From contig CAJINV010000012.1 of the NCBI GenBank assembly GCA_905178155.1, positions 2,825,765 through 2,889,764 of the forward strand: 64,000 nucleotides of DNA. Direction: 5' to 3'. This stretch comes from Amoebophrya sp. A120 (Eukaryota > Protista > Dinoflagellata). How positions within the stretch are numbered: position 1 is the stretch's first letter; the number at the start of each line of letters is the position of its first letter. The notes beneath the pieces were generated by a model. That model ran no database searches. It saw nothing but the letters and a program-made list of their open reading frames with translations, and was not told where the DNA came from. Shown piece after piece: positions 1-14,100 of this stretch. A program made the translations under genes and the position numbers.

Positions 1-415
1 TCCCCGCAGCTGCCGCCATCTTTGATCTCGCAGTACAAATCTGCCTCGTGTCCTTTGCACCAGGCTTATGAATTGCAAAAATGTCTGGGTCTGGAAGATT
101 GCAACTTGTCATGGTAAATCTGAAGCATGCAAAAATCTGTGTTGCATGAGTCCCGAAAGCTGTTCACTTTTGACCAATTTGGGCCGGAGTTTCTGTCACT
201 TTTGACCAATAGGCATGGCAGAGACCTCGCAGAGTCTGTCGTGCTAAGTCCCGCATTCCATACCTCATGGGTCATGGAAAATCTGCATGACAAGTCTACA
301 CTCTTCCAGACCCAGACATTTTTACAATTCATAAGGCTTGGTCACTCCCAATTTCCTCGCAAGCCGTCGGCTTCGCCACGCAGGCACTGTCCCCCGGCGT
401 CTTGACTTCGCAGTT
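1..415 (-). CDS. Partial exons of a Cys-rich protein (runs off the window start)
   Basis: Removing element 67-333 joins NCEVKTPGDSACVAKPTACEEIGSDQA to WCKGHEADLYCEIKDGGSCG in frame; upstream exons unresolved. Confidence 0.5.
67..333. mobile_element. Introner family A (TIR TATNNNNTGCAAAAATGTCTGGGTCTGGAA)
   Basis: TIRs; TSD AGGCT. Confidence 0.9.
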
Positions 416-2179
416 CAGTTCGCCTTCGGATCATGTGTCATGATGCGCGGTTGTACTTCTGTAACGGTCTTTCTGATTGTTCTAACGCCCTTTATAGTAA
501 GTAAGCCCGACTACACGACATTCTTTTTTATCTTGGAACAAGGAAATAAATTTTGTTTCTTTACGGTTGTAACTACACTCTCTAAATGTAGTTGCGCACC
601 TGCTGCGTCGCTAGCCACGGAAGAACTCCGATCATAGCGCCGGTACTAGTGAACAGCAGGTTCGTGTTGCGCGCCTGCTTGTTCTTGCTGCGGTTCGTCC
701 CCGCGGCGTCGGCCTTGGTTCCGGGTTTTGCTTTTGCACCGTCGTCTTTCGTGTTGTTCATGACAGCGAACATAACTGCTGACTTTCAAAAATAAATGGC
801 TTGTCAAGAAAAAACAAAAAGTAGTATCTCTGCCTCCCTCACTTGTTGAAAACTTCTGGTTTTTACTGGCAATAAAGTACTACCTAGTGAATAGGGAGTC
901 TTTCGAAATAATTTTAAGTAGTTGCTTTTGACTTGGAAGCAAGCAGGGTCTTCGTCTTTTTCTTAATTCATCGGAGCAAGATGGGGTTTCATAGAGGTGA
1001 ATGCAAAATAACACGAAGTGTTTCGTCTTCCTGTGGAAACGAGAACGACACGGTCGTGAAGATGAGGAGGTGATGCTAATCAATGGTAGAAGCAGTGCCG
1101 CAAATAAAATACACACGATGCAGCTCTTTAATTCAACAATCGTCGAGGAACGAGACGCAAAAATCAATTTGCAAGGTGGCGCACCGAATTTCATCAAGGA
1201 ATTCGAATAACGCTGCACGAAGGAAGCGGAACGAAGAAATGGATACATAGTTGTAGACGACCACGACTCACAGCAATTGAAACACATGAAGTACTCCAAC
1301 CGAAAGCAAAACTAGGACGAAAAACCGAAACCAGCAACCATGCTTGTCAGTCAACAACATTTTTAACTCAGGAAGCTAAAGCGCAAGTTTTGTTGAGAAG
1401 TGGTACGATCGGAGGGACGACACGAAAACGAGAGCTGACGAAGACTTAAAGAATTATGTCAAAAAACTCCATGTACCGGAGCGGTTTATCACACCGGCGC
1501 TACAACTACTACGGAACTTTGATGTCCTCTGTGTTATTGATTCGTCCATTCTGTTTGACTTATCGTACGGGCGTCTGCGCGAAGCGACTGCAGCACGCCC
1601 AGGAGCGCTGAAACATCGATGCCGTGACGAAATTAAAGAACAGCACGAGCATCAAAAAACGAAGCTACGGCTTCGTTTCAATAACAAGCTGTAGCTCTCG
1701 TTCCTGCTGAAGAGGAAGAGCCCATGCTATAAACTTGCAGGATAGCGGAAAAAGTGTAGCATGAGTGCTTGTGCCTCCTAGTACAATACGCAACATCCTC
1801 CAACATCTCTGGTTGCGCATGCAAAAACTTCGTCGAGTCAGAATCTACTAGATAAAAAGGATGCACGATGATAAATTCAAAAATTTCCAATCTCTGCGTT
1901 AGGGTGGATTGCGAAGGAGTCATATCATTTTTAACCGTATTTACAGCTTCTCGTTTTAATCCCAAACCAAATTGCACTAGATACAAAGCATGACTCTCAT
2001 TTTTGAAATTTTACTGTTGAAAATGTTAGTACGGAAAGAAAACCCATAGAAAGATCTTCTCCACATTCGACTTCTTGGTTTATTTGTCTTTTACAATTAC
2101 AACACACGTCAAATGATGCAACACGGGATCATTTCAGTGCTACGGCCCATGCCCGTCGAACTCCTTCCAGGTCGGAGAT

Positions 2180-5100
2180 TATTTGTGAACCTGGTCTGGT
2201 GGCGAAGAAGGACGAGCCAGCTTCTCCAGTTCACCCAGGTACGTTTCTGTCGGCTCCAAGCTTTTGTGAAAACCAATCCCGAAGAAAAAAGCTAGCATGT
2301 CATGTAATCACAATAAATCTGTGATGCATAGCCCAAACACGATTGATATGCTGCAGGCCCTGCTCCAATTTTCCTTGTTATGTTTGCGTTTATTTCTGCA
2401 CATTATGAATAGATGCCCTGCTAGCTTTTTTCTGTGCGATAAAGCCCTCATCTTTGTCATTCGGATCCTCATCCCGTCCTGCTTTCATCAATGCAGCGGA
2501 GGTTTTGTTCTGTCCTCTCAGCAGATCCGTTTTATCCGGTCTCATGGGCACCGCGAGCCGAATATCCTGCTCGGAATCTTCCTCTCGCGCGGCGCTTCTC
2601 GAGGGATCCTCCCGCTGCCGCGCGGGGATATCGTCGTCCGCCCCAAAAACACCTCGTTCGCTGGGCGCAGCTGGTGGTGGTGCAGAGCTTTCTTTTCTTG
2701 ATGATAGAGCATCCAGGTCCTCCTTTGCTTCCCCCGTAGTGGTTCCCATCATTCTGGTCCTGCTCCGTTCCAAGCTCCTCTGTCTGTAGAACTCTCGCTT
2801 CTCCGCTTTTTTTTTGGCGAAATCCATCTGGTTCAGCACCCTTTTTGCCTGCCGCTTCAGCAAGAAGTAGTGCTTTGCCATGGCGGTGTTGGTCAGGTAG
2901 TGCTCGTACAAGACAGCGAACGCCAGTCCGATCGCCACCGCATAGAGTATCCACAGGAAATAATTTCCCGTACAACAGGTACAAAATGCCGTCTCTGCAT
3001 GACAAAACTTAGCCTCGATCCTAGTTCTTTAGCACGGCAAGTGGCACGACACCCCACATTGGCGAAATTTATGATGCATTTTGTACAAGAACGTGTACGG
3101 GATGGGGAAATTAAATTTGTATTGCATATAGACCAAGCTGGTGCACCAGTTCGCCTGTGTTTCGTACCCGAATTCTGACACATGTTCAAACCGAAACGGC
3201 GAAATCTTATATGCGAGAGACAGCTCGTTCTCCGTAACGAGGTGGATCTTTTCCTTCTTTGCCGGAGTGGGAACACCAGCAGCAGACGCTGCTGCTGTAC
3301 TCACTCTCTGCTCCACTTCGCCAACGCGACTCGCCACGAGGAAGTCGTAATTCACGTGGCCGAACCAGTGAAAAATGAGAAAGCATTATCGCCAGAAAAA
3401 ACCGTCTACTCCGTCTCAACTTTTTGATGCGAAGAGTTGTTGTGCTGAAGTCACTTTCTTATCATGCTCGCCAGGCAAGTAGAAATGCGTTTTATTTGTT
3501 CCTATGTGTTTTGACGCATCCCAGGTCATTTTCTGTGTCATCATGCTGCCCGACTTTGTGTTGCTGAGTCGGCAACAGTTTTGAGACCGCTGTTTTACTA
3601 AGTATTTTCTCGCGATAAGCAGAAGGTGGTTAAAATGAGAGCGTAGAACGCGACCGTCTTTTTCCATTCCAAAAGCAGGATCATGAAATTCGTGTAGCTG
3701 TAGCCGGTAACCAGCCCGACCGTCAAGGGCAGCGGGAACGTGTAGAAACCAATCCCGATATCGATTGCAAATATGTCTGCGTCTGAAAAGGTGGAACTTG
3801 TAATGCGCGTCTTGCATTCCCGCAAAATCTGTGTTGCATGAACAGCAAGTGGGCAGCTGCTTTCCTTGTCATGCACTAACGCAATTTGTAATGCGTCTTG
3901 GGTATCAGAAAGCGTTCCGAAAGCTTGTCATGCTGGGCTGCCATTGCAAGCGTTGTCATCGTGCGCAATCCAGCATCACAGATTCCCAGACCAAGACATA
4001 TTTGCATTTGATAACCGAAGGTTTCAAACAAAAAATCATAGAGCGGAAAAAATTGCACGAAACCCGCGATGGAAATTATCAAATGTAAAAATGTCTGGGT
4101 CTGGAAGAATGCAACTTGTGATGCTGCATTTGGATTCCCAAAAAATTTGTATTGCATCAGTACCAAAGGAAAGGCAATTTTTGCCACGCTGAGAAGGCAT
4201 TTGTCATGCGGAATACGCATCAAGAAGCCCTCAAAAAATCTGTAGTGCTAGGGGGTGCATCACAGACATCATGGCTCATGCAAAACGTGCATGACAAGTG
4301 TCAGAATCTTCCAGACCCAGACATTTTTACAGTTGATAGAAATGTATGCATTGCAAATATAATGTCTTGCGCTCCTGTTGAAAATTCTATTTGCATCTAA
4401 TGAAGCTTCGATCGCAGAGTTGTTGTAGCCGCTTTTTATACGGGATGACAGCGTACGAGGTTGGCAAGCAGGCTTACATACTTTTGCAGCTTCACTAGAA
4501 ACTGGCTTCCAGCAAGAGAAAAAAGCATGCATGCAGTTGTCTTTTGAATTTCGCATCAAGAATCTGAAGCCAGACGTAATCAAAATTTTTATATTTGCGG
4601 TGCATAAAATGTTTGCCACCGCGATGCCTAGGTACAAAAGCAGTAGCCGCGTGCCGTCGGAAAGGAGGAATTTCGCTGGATATCCTGAGCAAAAGTACCG
4701 CCACAGCACTTCTCTAACTGTAAGGAACTTGTGATTGCAATCAGATGCATGACTGGCCTGGTCGGGCAGAACCAGTAGAAGGACAAACTTCATTTGTCCT
4801 TCTGGAAATCAAAATTTATTGCGATGCAAGTTCTCCTATGTGTGTGTAGTGCGATACTGCATTGTACTTTTGCAATGCATACAACATCCACGAAATCGAT
4901 CCGGACCCAGGGCTCAGATTGTTCCTGCTTCTGTTTCTGATTTTTCCCCGTCGTGCCTTCCTCGTCAGTCGCTTTATTCCTTTTCTCGCCGCCGCTTCCA
5001 TCTCTATTTTGCAGCGCCAAATCCTGATCCTCTTCTGCTGCCCCCGCACCAGCAGCTATCCTGAGGAAAAACGTTCCCACCCCAGAGTTGTAAAAATGCA

Positions 5101-8100
5101 AATCTGCATGCTCAGAATGTTTCTCATGCGGAACTCCATGAGAAGCATTTTCTAGTCGTGTTCTGCAATTTGTCATGCTCGAATGCGGATGATATACTAG
5201 ATCTCTTATGCTGCTGAGCTAGCTCAAACAGCACTACGCTACGAGTCCAAAATTGTCATGCAAAACAGCCAAAACTTGTGGATTTGTCTAGCCGGTTTTC
5301 CATCTTGACTATGGGGTGGAGACGCTTTTACATAGGATACCAGCAGCGTCTTCTTCATCCAGGTCCTTCCTCTTGGTTTCGAGCGCCAACCCCTCTGCGA
5401 ATTTGTAGCCCTCCATCCGACTAAAGGAAAACCCGGCCAATATTACAATGAAAAATGCCCCCTCCCCATATTGAAAAAGTACGTTTCCGAAAATTTGCAT
5501 TGCTGATTTGAGGTCACAAATCACATTTGTCTTGCAAGAGACCAAGGGCAGAAGCTTCCGCCCCATTATGGGAGCGATTTGTCATGCTGTTGGGCCTAAA
5601 GGGGAGCCGTTTGCCATGCTGAACAACTAGACCCGTACGCCCCGACCTAGCCTGGGGATCTGGCCGCAATGCCTTCCAGCAATACAGAGCTGCTTTGCGT
5701 TCACAGGTCCAGCATCAGAAATTCCGTTTTGATATGGGGAAGGGGGATTTTTCCTTTCGATAGCCAAATCCAGCTCGCGCCGCCGGCTCACCGTCCTTAG
5801 TTGGCTCATCGTCGGCAACCGTGTGCGGAGAGGAGAGTTTGAGTTGTTTTGTATATGGAAGCGTCAGGATTGAAATCGTCAAAGTTGAAATAGCTTGCGA
5901 TGCGTAAAATGCAACCCACAAAGCGCCTGCCTTGCAGAGTAGGCAAGGGAGGCAGATCGCAAGCCTCTTGAAAGGTCGAAATAGAGCTGCTAAAGTAGCA
6001 TCACAAAAGGCGTCTTCTTTACCCAAACAGCATTACAGACTGGATTTATGCACCACTAAAATTTGTCATGCGCCTCTTGGGGACTGGGCTCCAACTGGCA
6101 TCCATTTTATGCATGGCAAATCATTTCAACTTTGTCGATTTCAATCCAGACACTTGCATATTGTAAGGCGTTTCTGTATTCACCCTCCCCGCTTCCTGGG
6201 ATAAAATTTCTACTGCCGCTTCTTGACCTGGTGCTCTTGCCTCTCTGCGAGCCTGGAGGCGTTTTTTTGTAGGACTGTTTGCTCTTCTTCGAACTTGGTT
6301 TAGTATTACTTGCTGTCACGACACTGCGGCTCGTCCCGGAGCCAGAAGACGGTCGACTGCTTCGCTCTAAGGGTGGGGTGCCGCTTCTGCTGTCGTGTTC
6401 TTGTTGTGAATTGTAATTCCTTCGCGCACCACTTGTCCCTGCGTTGGCAGATGTATTTCGTTTCGTCGCGATTCTTTTGTATTCCTCCTGCCTCGCTTCC
6501 TCTTCCGCCTCCTCCGCCAAAAAGGCCTCCCGGGTGCGCTGTCGGGTTCTCACAATTTCCTTGCCACTTGTGGGGGGCGCGCTCTGGTGCCGGCCTTCGC
6601 TGTAGTAGAGGCCGGCCGCGGCGTTGGAAGTTAATGTAGCGTCCGTATTTCTGGTCATCGCAGTTCTCTTCTGATCCGCCCTATGCGCAGCTCCACCCCG
6701 TCCCCGGCCTCGCGTCGTCGTCGCTACATTTGTCGCACTGCGACTGGCGTTCAGATTGGCAATGCGCATCGCGAGTCCCATCCCGCCCGTTTTGTTTGCC
6801 TGCTCCTTGATGGCCCGGTTCGCGATCGCCCGGCGCTGCTGCTCCACCCGCAAGTCGTCGGTTACCACGGAGTTATCAAATGCAAATGTGTCTGGGTCTG
6901 GAAGGATCCAAACATTTGTCATGCACATTTTGCATGACTCCCGACGTCTGTGATGCATGCCCTAGCATCACAGATTTTGCGAGGGCTTCCTCATGCCTAT
7001 ACCGCATGAGAAATGCCCTCTCGCCGTGGCAAAAACTGGTCATGCAATACAGATTTTTGAAGTATGCAAATGCAGCATCACAAGTTACATACTTCCAGAC
7101 CCAGACATATTTCCAATACATAGGAGTACTGCCGACCCGATTTCATGTCCACCTTCGTCACGTTCTGCCCCGATTTCGCGCGGGAAAAGCGTTCCAGGTA
7201 GATCCCCGTGCCCGGGACCCGCGCGTGCGTCCCGACGGTGTTCAGTTGGTGCGAGGTTGCGCCGAACGCGTTGTTATGGATTGCAAATATGTCTGGGTCT
7301 GGGAGAGTCACTCATGCTGCTTTGGCATGACACGGAAGGTCTGGCATGGAAGCTCTAGCATCACAGGTTTCGAGAAGCTTCCGCAATGCCGAATCCGCAT
7401 GACAGACGCCCCACTTTGGTGACAAAAAGTGGGCAGCTTTTGCTGCCTATGCATGAGAGATTTTTATGTGTTGTGAAATTCGCATCACAAGTTCTTGCAT
7501 TCTTCCAGACCCAGACATATTTGCATTTGATAGTTGTTGCGCATCGCGGTCTTTTTCACCTCCGCGAAGAGCTGGGCCTGGTTATCCTGAGTAAAAACGT
7601 ACCCACACCAGAGTCAGGATGGGGATTTTGCAACACAAACCTAGGAGCTTTGTAAGTCACGCATGACAAGTTGCACTCTGCAGCGTAGTGCAGGTTAGCA
7701 AGTGCAGCCGCATCACAAATCCAGCTGCTCATCCTGTTCACAGCATCACAAATTCCAAAACACGATTGGAAGTGGCTCTCATGGGGATGCGCATTACAAG
7801 TCTCCCTGTCTTTGCAAATCTGCATTACAACTCTGGTGTGGGTACGTTTTTACTAAGGATATTGGTCCTGCGCTATGGCTTGCTCAGATGTTACAATCTC
7901 AAACGTTGCAATAGAATGTGAAATTTGTGTTGCATGAACAGCATGAGTACCAAACAGAGACTCGGGCTTTTCGCAATACAAATTTCGGCAGATAATTCCC
8001 ATGCGGTTTGGAGCTCCGAAACTTGTCATGCGCGCTCCTGTGGGAGTAGGCCAGATGTTGCGCATTTTGCAACACAAATTCTAGATTCTATTCGTAACGT

Positions 8101-11100
8101 TTGAGATTGTAACACATGAGCGGGTTATATGCGCCGCCTGGGTTTTCTGCCTTTGCTGCTTCTTGTCATCGTCAGAATCGTCGGAAAGAGGGACGTATGG
8201 ATTGCAAAAATGTCTGGGTCTGGAAACTTGTAATTACTACAAGGGTGAACACGCTCCACTCAGTATGGGGAAAAAAAACAAAAATCCAGCAGCTCCGTCG
8301 TTCTTCTTTATTTCTTAGCGCAGTAGTACTACTCTTAGGGCCTTGAGCGTCGACCTAAACCTTAGAAAGTCTAAGACCTACTGTAAAGCTAAAAGTGAAT
8401 GATAGACGCACTGCAATGCGCCTTTATGCATCAGAAATTTTTTGGCTGCCATGTCTTACGTATTCCGCATGGGAAGCTGCGTTTTTGCATGACAGGTAGG
8501 AGGGCCTTTTCGTGCCAATGCAACACAGATTCTCGAGTCATGCCAGACAAGCATGACAAACTTGCATCCTTCCAGACCCAGACATTTTTAAGTACATTTG
8601 ATAGGACGACTTCTTCTTGCGTCATAGTGCGAGTACTTCTCCCACCACCTTCACCGGCGCTCGTTGTCGTAGTCAACACTTTCCGCTTCGTCAAGAAGCC
8701 CCGGATATCAACTGCAAAAATATCTGGGTCTGGAAACTTGTGATGCAAGTCAGGGAAAAATGCGCATACTGTAACGCACTGCCAAGCATGACAAGTTTTT
8801 CCGTGGTTCAGAGTTGCGTACTCCGCATGCGAAACTGCGTTTTTGCATGACAGGGAAGAGAAGCCCTTTGCGGCCACGCAATACAGAGCTCAGAGTCATG
8901 CCGGACTAGCATAACAAATCCCGGAATCTTCCAGACCCAGACATTTTTGCATTTGATACCGGAATTTTTTCCTGGATTTCCGCAGCATGTCCAGCGACAT
9001 TGAGCTGAAAACGTCCCCAAACCAGCCTTTGAACGTCAGGGGACTCGCGAACGCGATGGCCGGACCGGTATCCTGTGCAAAAGTATCGTATTCGTATGAA
9101 TGCAAGTCTTGCATTACAAATCTTTTTCTTGAGGCAGATCCGCATGACAAATTGTATTTCTCATGCTGAGAAAATTTGTAATGCATTTACACGAGTACGA
9201 TACTTTATTTTGCAGTGCATAACCGGGGAGGTAAAGGAAAAACCCCACCATCACGAGGAAGATATCAAGTGCAGCAAACATGTCAGTCTACTGAGTCTGT
9301 AAAGCTGTAATGCTGAACTGCGGATGAGTAAAAAACTTCCAAATGCCGCCAAGCATGGCAAGTTTTCATCAGAACGCTTCATTCCCACATGCATTCCGCA
9401 TCAGAAATTGCGATGCTGCATGACAAAACAGAGCTGCGACTTCTTTTGATGTTAGTCATGCAATACAGGTTTCACAGATATGCAAGACCAGCATTACAAG
9501 TTCCAACTTTCCAGACCCACATCACATATTTGCATTTGATAGAAGAGAATCTGGACCAAATCGTTGTAAATGAAAAACTCCGACTTTTTATCCTGAGTAA
9601 AAACGTCCCCACGCCAGAGTTGTCATGCAGATTTGCAATGACAGGAACATTTGTAATGCGCATCGCCAGGAGAGGCATTTTTAGTCGTGTTTTGGAATTT
9701 GTAATGCTGTAAACAGGATGAGCAGATGGATATCTGATGCAGCTGGCCTTGCGAACCTGCACTACGCTACGGACTGCAACTTGTGATGCGTGACCCCCAA
9801 AAGTTCTCGGTTTGTGTTGCAAAATCCCCATCTTGACTCTGGTGTGGGGAAATTTTTACGTAGGATACTTTTCCCGTCGCTCGTACACCCCCTTCGTCTC
9901 CGTATCACATGAAAAAAGAGTTTCAGTTACAACACGTTTGTTGTCAATTCAGCAACACAAATTTCTCGGCATGAGAGAGAAAGCTTGCATTGCAGAAAAT
10001 CCACGGGAAAACACGTATGAAACAAGGCTCCTATGCATCGCCTGCATGACAGAGCTTGTCTGTCATGCCGGACTTGCAACGTCGCAATGTGTAACTGTAA
10101 CACTTTTTTCTCGTGATACTCTGACACTCGGACATAGTACCCGTCTTCAGTGATTTCCAGGTTTTGGGCCTCGGGACTCGTGGAGCCATAATCAGACACG
10201 ATCGCGTCCGACGGCCCGCGCGTCGTTTCCGCCCGGGAAGCGTCGAGGTCCCCCCGAAAGAGGAAATACGGGTTGAGGTAATCGTTGTCGTACAAGTTGT
10301 ATCAAGTGCAAATATGTCTGGGTCTGCAAACTTGTGATGCTAAAATGTGCATGATGGAAAGGCTTCCAAATGCAGCCCAGCATGACAACTTTCCGCAGCG
10401 CTTTCTCATAGGCAGTCCGCATGAGAAATTGCGTTCTTACATGATAAAAATGGCTGCGACTTTTGCCGGTTATGCAATACAGATTTCCCTGAAATGTAAA
10501 GCTAGCATCACAAGTTCCAACTAACTTTCCAGACCCAAACATATTTGCATTTGATAAGTTGTCTTTTCCCAGAATCAAGTACTTCGCAAACAGCTCCACC
10601 GCGATGACGGCGAACAGGAGGTATCCTGTGCAAAAGTGTCGTACTCGTGCTAATTGCTTTTATGCATTACAAATCTCTTTCTTATCGTAAATCCGCATTG
10701 CAAATTATTTCTCACGCGGAGAAAATTTGTAATGCATTTATACGAGTACGATACTTTTGCAATGCATATGAGGTTTGCGATCGCAAACACCAACCTGCCC
10801 ATGTTGAAGTAACTGCGGTACTTCGGGATGTTCGCCGGGCTGCCCTTGTAGTTATCAAATGTAAAAATGTCTGGGTCTGGAAGATTTCCAGGTTTGTCAT
10901 GCACATTTTGCATGACTTCTGATGTCTGTGTTGCATGCCCTAGCATCACACATTTTGTGAGGGCTTCCTGATGCCTTTACCGCATGACAAATGCTCTTTC
11001 CGTGTAGCAAAACTTGGACTCTCTTTGCTGCTCATGCAATACAGATATTTTTAGAATCCAAAATCAGCATGACAAGTTGCATTCTTCCAGACCCAGACAT

Positions 11101-14100
11101 TTTTACATTTGATAGTAGTTCCGCAAAAACAACTCGAACCAAAGGTACGTGCTCATCGCGCACTTGATATGAGGGTGCACAACTCCCCCTCCCCCATCAT
11201 CTGTATGGCATGAGCAGGAATACAAACAGCAGCACATTTGGAGCCTGGGCATGACAAGTTCATGCGCAAGGTGTAGTACCGTTCGGGCTTCCAGATGAAT
11301 TTGTCATGCAAGCATTGCCAAAACAAAGGCAGCAGCTGGATTTGGGGTTTGGCATGACAAATGAGGGGGAGGGGGGGGTTGTGCACTCTCATACTTGGTG
11401 GACAATATCGAGAACAACGTGGTGAACATGGTCAGACATAGAGGGCAAACGAGTGATCTTAGGGGAAAGTCGCAGGCTGTCATGCGGATTTGCTATTTCC
11501 TCCTGATTTGTCATGCGAAGAGCACACCAAAAGCCCCCCCCCCATTCCATGCGGTCTGGAGTGATTAGATTTTTGGTGGGCGTTTTGCATCACAAAAAGC
11601 GCTCTCTAGGCTAATCCGCAATACAGGCTGCCTTTTTTCTTCGGACGAGCAGCGGCCGGAGAGATCACTCAGTTTCCGTTCATATCAGAAACTTAATCCG
11701 GTTCTGCGTGACCTCCATCAGAGGCGCGTAGATTCTCGTCTGCTTCGGGGGTCCGGCATTTGACGGGTGGTCATAGTCCACGCCGGGCAGGTGGTCGGAA
11801 AGGGAACGCCGGCGCGCACGGTAGTTGCTTGTGCCGCTCGACGCAGCCTCATCCCCGTCGGAGGTGCCATCCGGCAACAATCTCTGGTACAGCGGCCACA
11901 CCAGTTTGTATTCCTGCGTTAAGAACCCGCAAATGACCGCCAGACACAGCCCGCCAGACACTAAAACCGCGTGGAGAAAGGCGATTTTCAGAAACGTTTT
12001 GATCATTTGTTGGTACTGTTTCGTGAGAATTTGCGCCGTCAGAATTTCTATCAAATGTAAAAGTGTCTGGGTCTGGAAGATTCTGAGACTTGTCATGCAT
12101 GTTTTGCATTGGCCATGATGTCTGTGATGCATGCCCTAGCATCACATCGGAGGTCTACGGGCTGTTCGTCCCTTTGCCGTTCAGAGGCCTACTAAACTGA
12201 TAAATGCTAAGCTACTACGTAACGTAAACTTCTACTGAAAAATTAAGTAAATCGGAAAACTTAGTACTGCTACTTATACTTAAGCGCTTGTAAATATGTA
12301 TGGCAATAAATTCTGAAGGCCTTTCGTAAGAGCGGTAGCGGTAGAAGCAAAGGGGCTGGCGCGCGAAAAGGCAGGCACAACGCACAACATGGGACCGGGC
12401 CCATGCTGCGCGAAGGCGTACACTCGCAGCGAGCGTCTACGTAGGTCGAACATGATGCACAGCCCTGGAGGTCCTTATGCATGCAGGGACGAAGCACAGG
12501 GGAGGGGCCTCAAGCAAGGCCCCTGCTGCGCTAATCCGGACCGATTCAACAGCAAAAAGCTGTTGCGTCCCCCAGCGGCATACAGGTGCTCCGGCACACG
12601 AGAGCTGCGTCCACCCAAACCAGCAACCAGGGCGGCGCCTCCACCTGGTTTGGGAGCTCTCGTATGCAAGCATCATAAACTAAGAAACCTACCACAAACA
12701 ACACCCCGAGCGCAAGCGGCGGCAAAGGCATGCAACTACCGCTACAAAACTGACGAAGTCCCACGTAGTTCGACGTAGTTCTAGTTCAACGATACGGGCA
12801 CACGACAGACACACCGAAAATTGCGACTCTTTCTACTTCACGTACTTAGAGTTCTGTAGGAAAACGACTACACAGATTTTTTGAGGGCTTCGCGATGCCT
12901 ATTCCGCATGACAAATGCCCTCTCCGCGTAGCAAAAATTGCGCTCCCTTTGCATGCTGCTCATGCAATACATATTTTTTTGGAATCCAAATTCAGCATCA
13001 CAGGTTGCATTCTTCCAGACCCAGACATTTTTACATGTGATAATCTCGTCCTCTTTCAGCTGCACCTTGTCGTCGCTGTTGTTGTTGTTTTTAGCCGAAT
13101 ATTTCTTGTGTTTCTTCTTCTTCGATGAGTTATCGGTTTGAGGATCCTCTCCTTCGTCTGAGGAATTCGAATTCAATTCATCTTCTGGGTCTAGTTCGGA
13201 TTCAGATTCTGATTCGTCACTGCTCTCCGTTCCTGCCTCTGAAGATGCTTTATTTTCATCCTCCCCTCCACCACTGCTCGCGATACTGCTTGTGGTACTG
13301 TTGTTCGCAGAACTCCTTTTTTCCACTTTCCGTTTTATCCGCAGCTTTTTCCGCCGTAAAAAGGCCTCGATCCCGTACGTGTTGTTGTTCCTCACCCCCA
13401 ACCCTTTCGGATCTATCCTGTGTAAAAACGTCCCAACCCCAGAGTTGTCATGCAGGTTTTTTTTTTTTTTTTTTGATTGGGCCCCATTCGCATATAGTTT
13501 CAGTTTCAGTGGAGCGCCCCACCGGTTAAACACTTCTGATGGTGAACGAAAACCATATAAATTCATCATTTTTTTTAAGCTAGGAGCCGGTGTGCGTTAC
13601 TTAACATGTGAATTCTGATCTCACGGACACCGACCTGCGACTAAACAGGACCGGGCCGACACAATAATTCACACAGTTAAGCAGATGGCGCGGGTATATT
13701 GGTGCTTGTTTTTTGTTTGTACCATTTCCACTCTTGTCCTCTTCTCCAGCACCAAGGTCTCGCTCCACTTCCGTCAATTCCCCCCCTTTCACACATACTC
13801 TGCTGGCAAGGCAGAAAAAAAAGACGCAGCCCCTGTCGGAATAATTAATCAGAAAAAGCCCACACAGAAAATTCCTGCACCTACCTAGGGGCGACTAGGC
13901 AGATGAGGTGTGCCGAAGCGAGGGGAGTCTATGTGATTGAGTCAAACGTGTTCAATACTGCGCGGGAATGGCATGAGGGATCTGGTGCGGGGTCCGCTAA
14001 AAAAATATCGCAAAGGCGGCAATGGAGTAACGCTATCACTAATTTTTGACGACAATCTAATAAGTGGGGAGTTGTCATGCAGGTTTGCAATGACTGGAAC

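Noticed and set aside
880-1986. ORFs at 880-1299 and 1678-1986
   Set aside because: No recognisable domain, AT-richer intergenic-like composition and no supporting exon structure
11680-11684. Apparent stop codon ending a gene at 11680
   Set aside because: The TGA lies within the end of element 11437-11684; removing the element continues the frame
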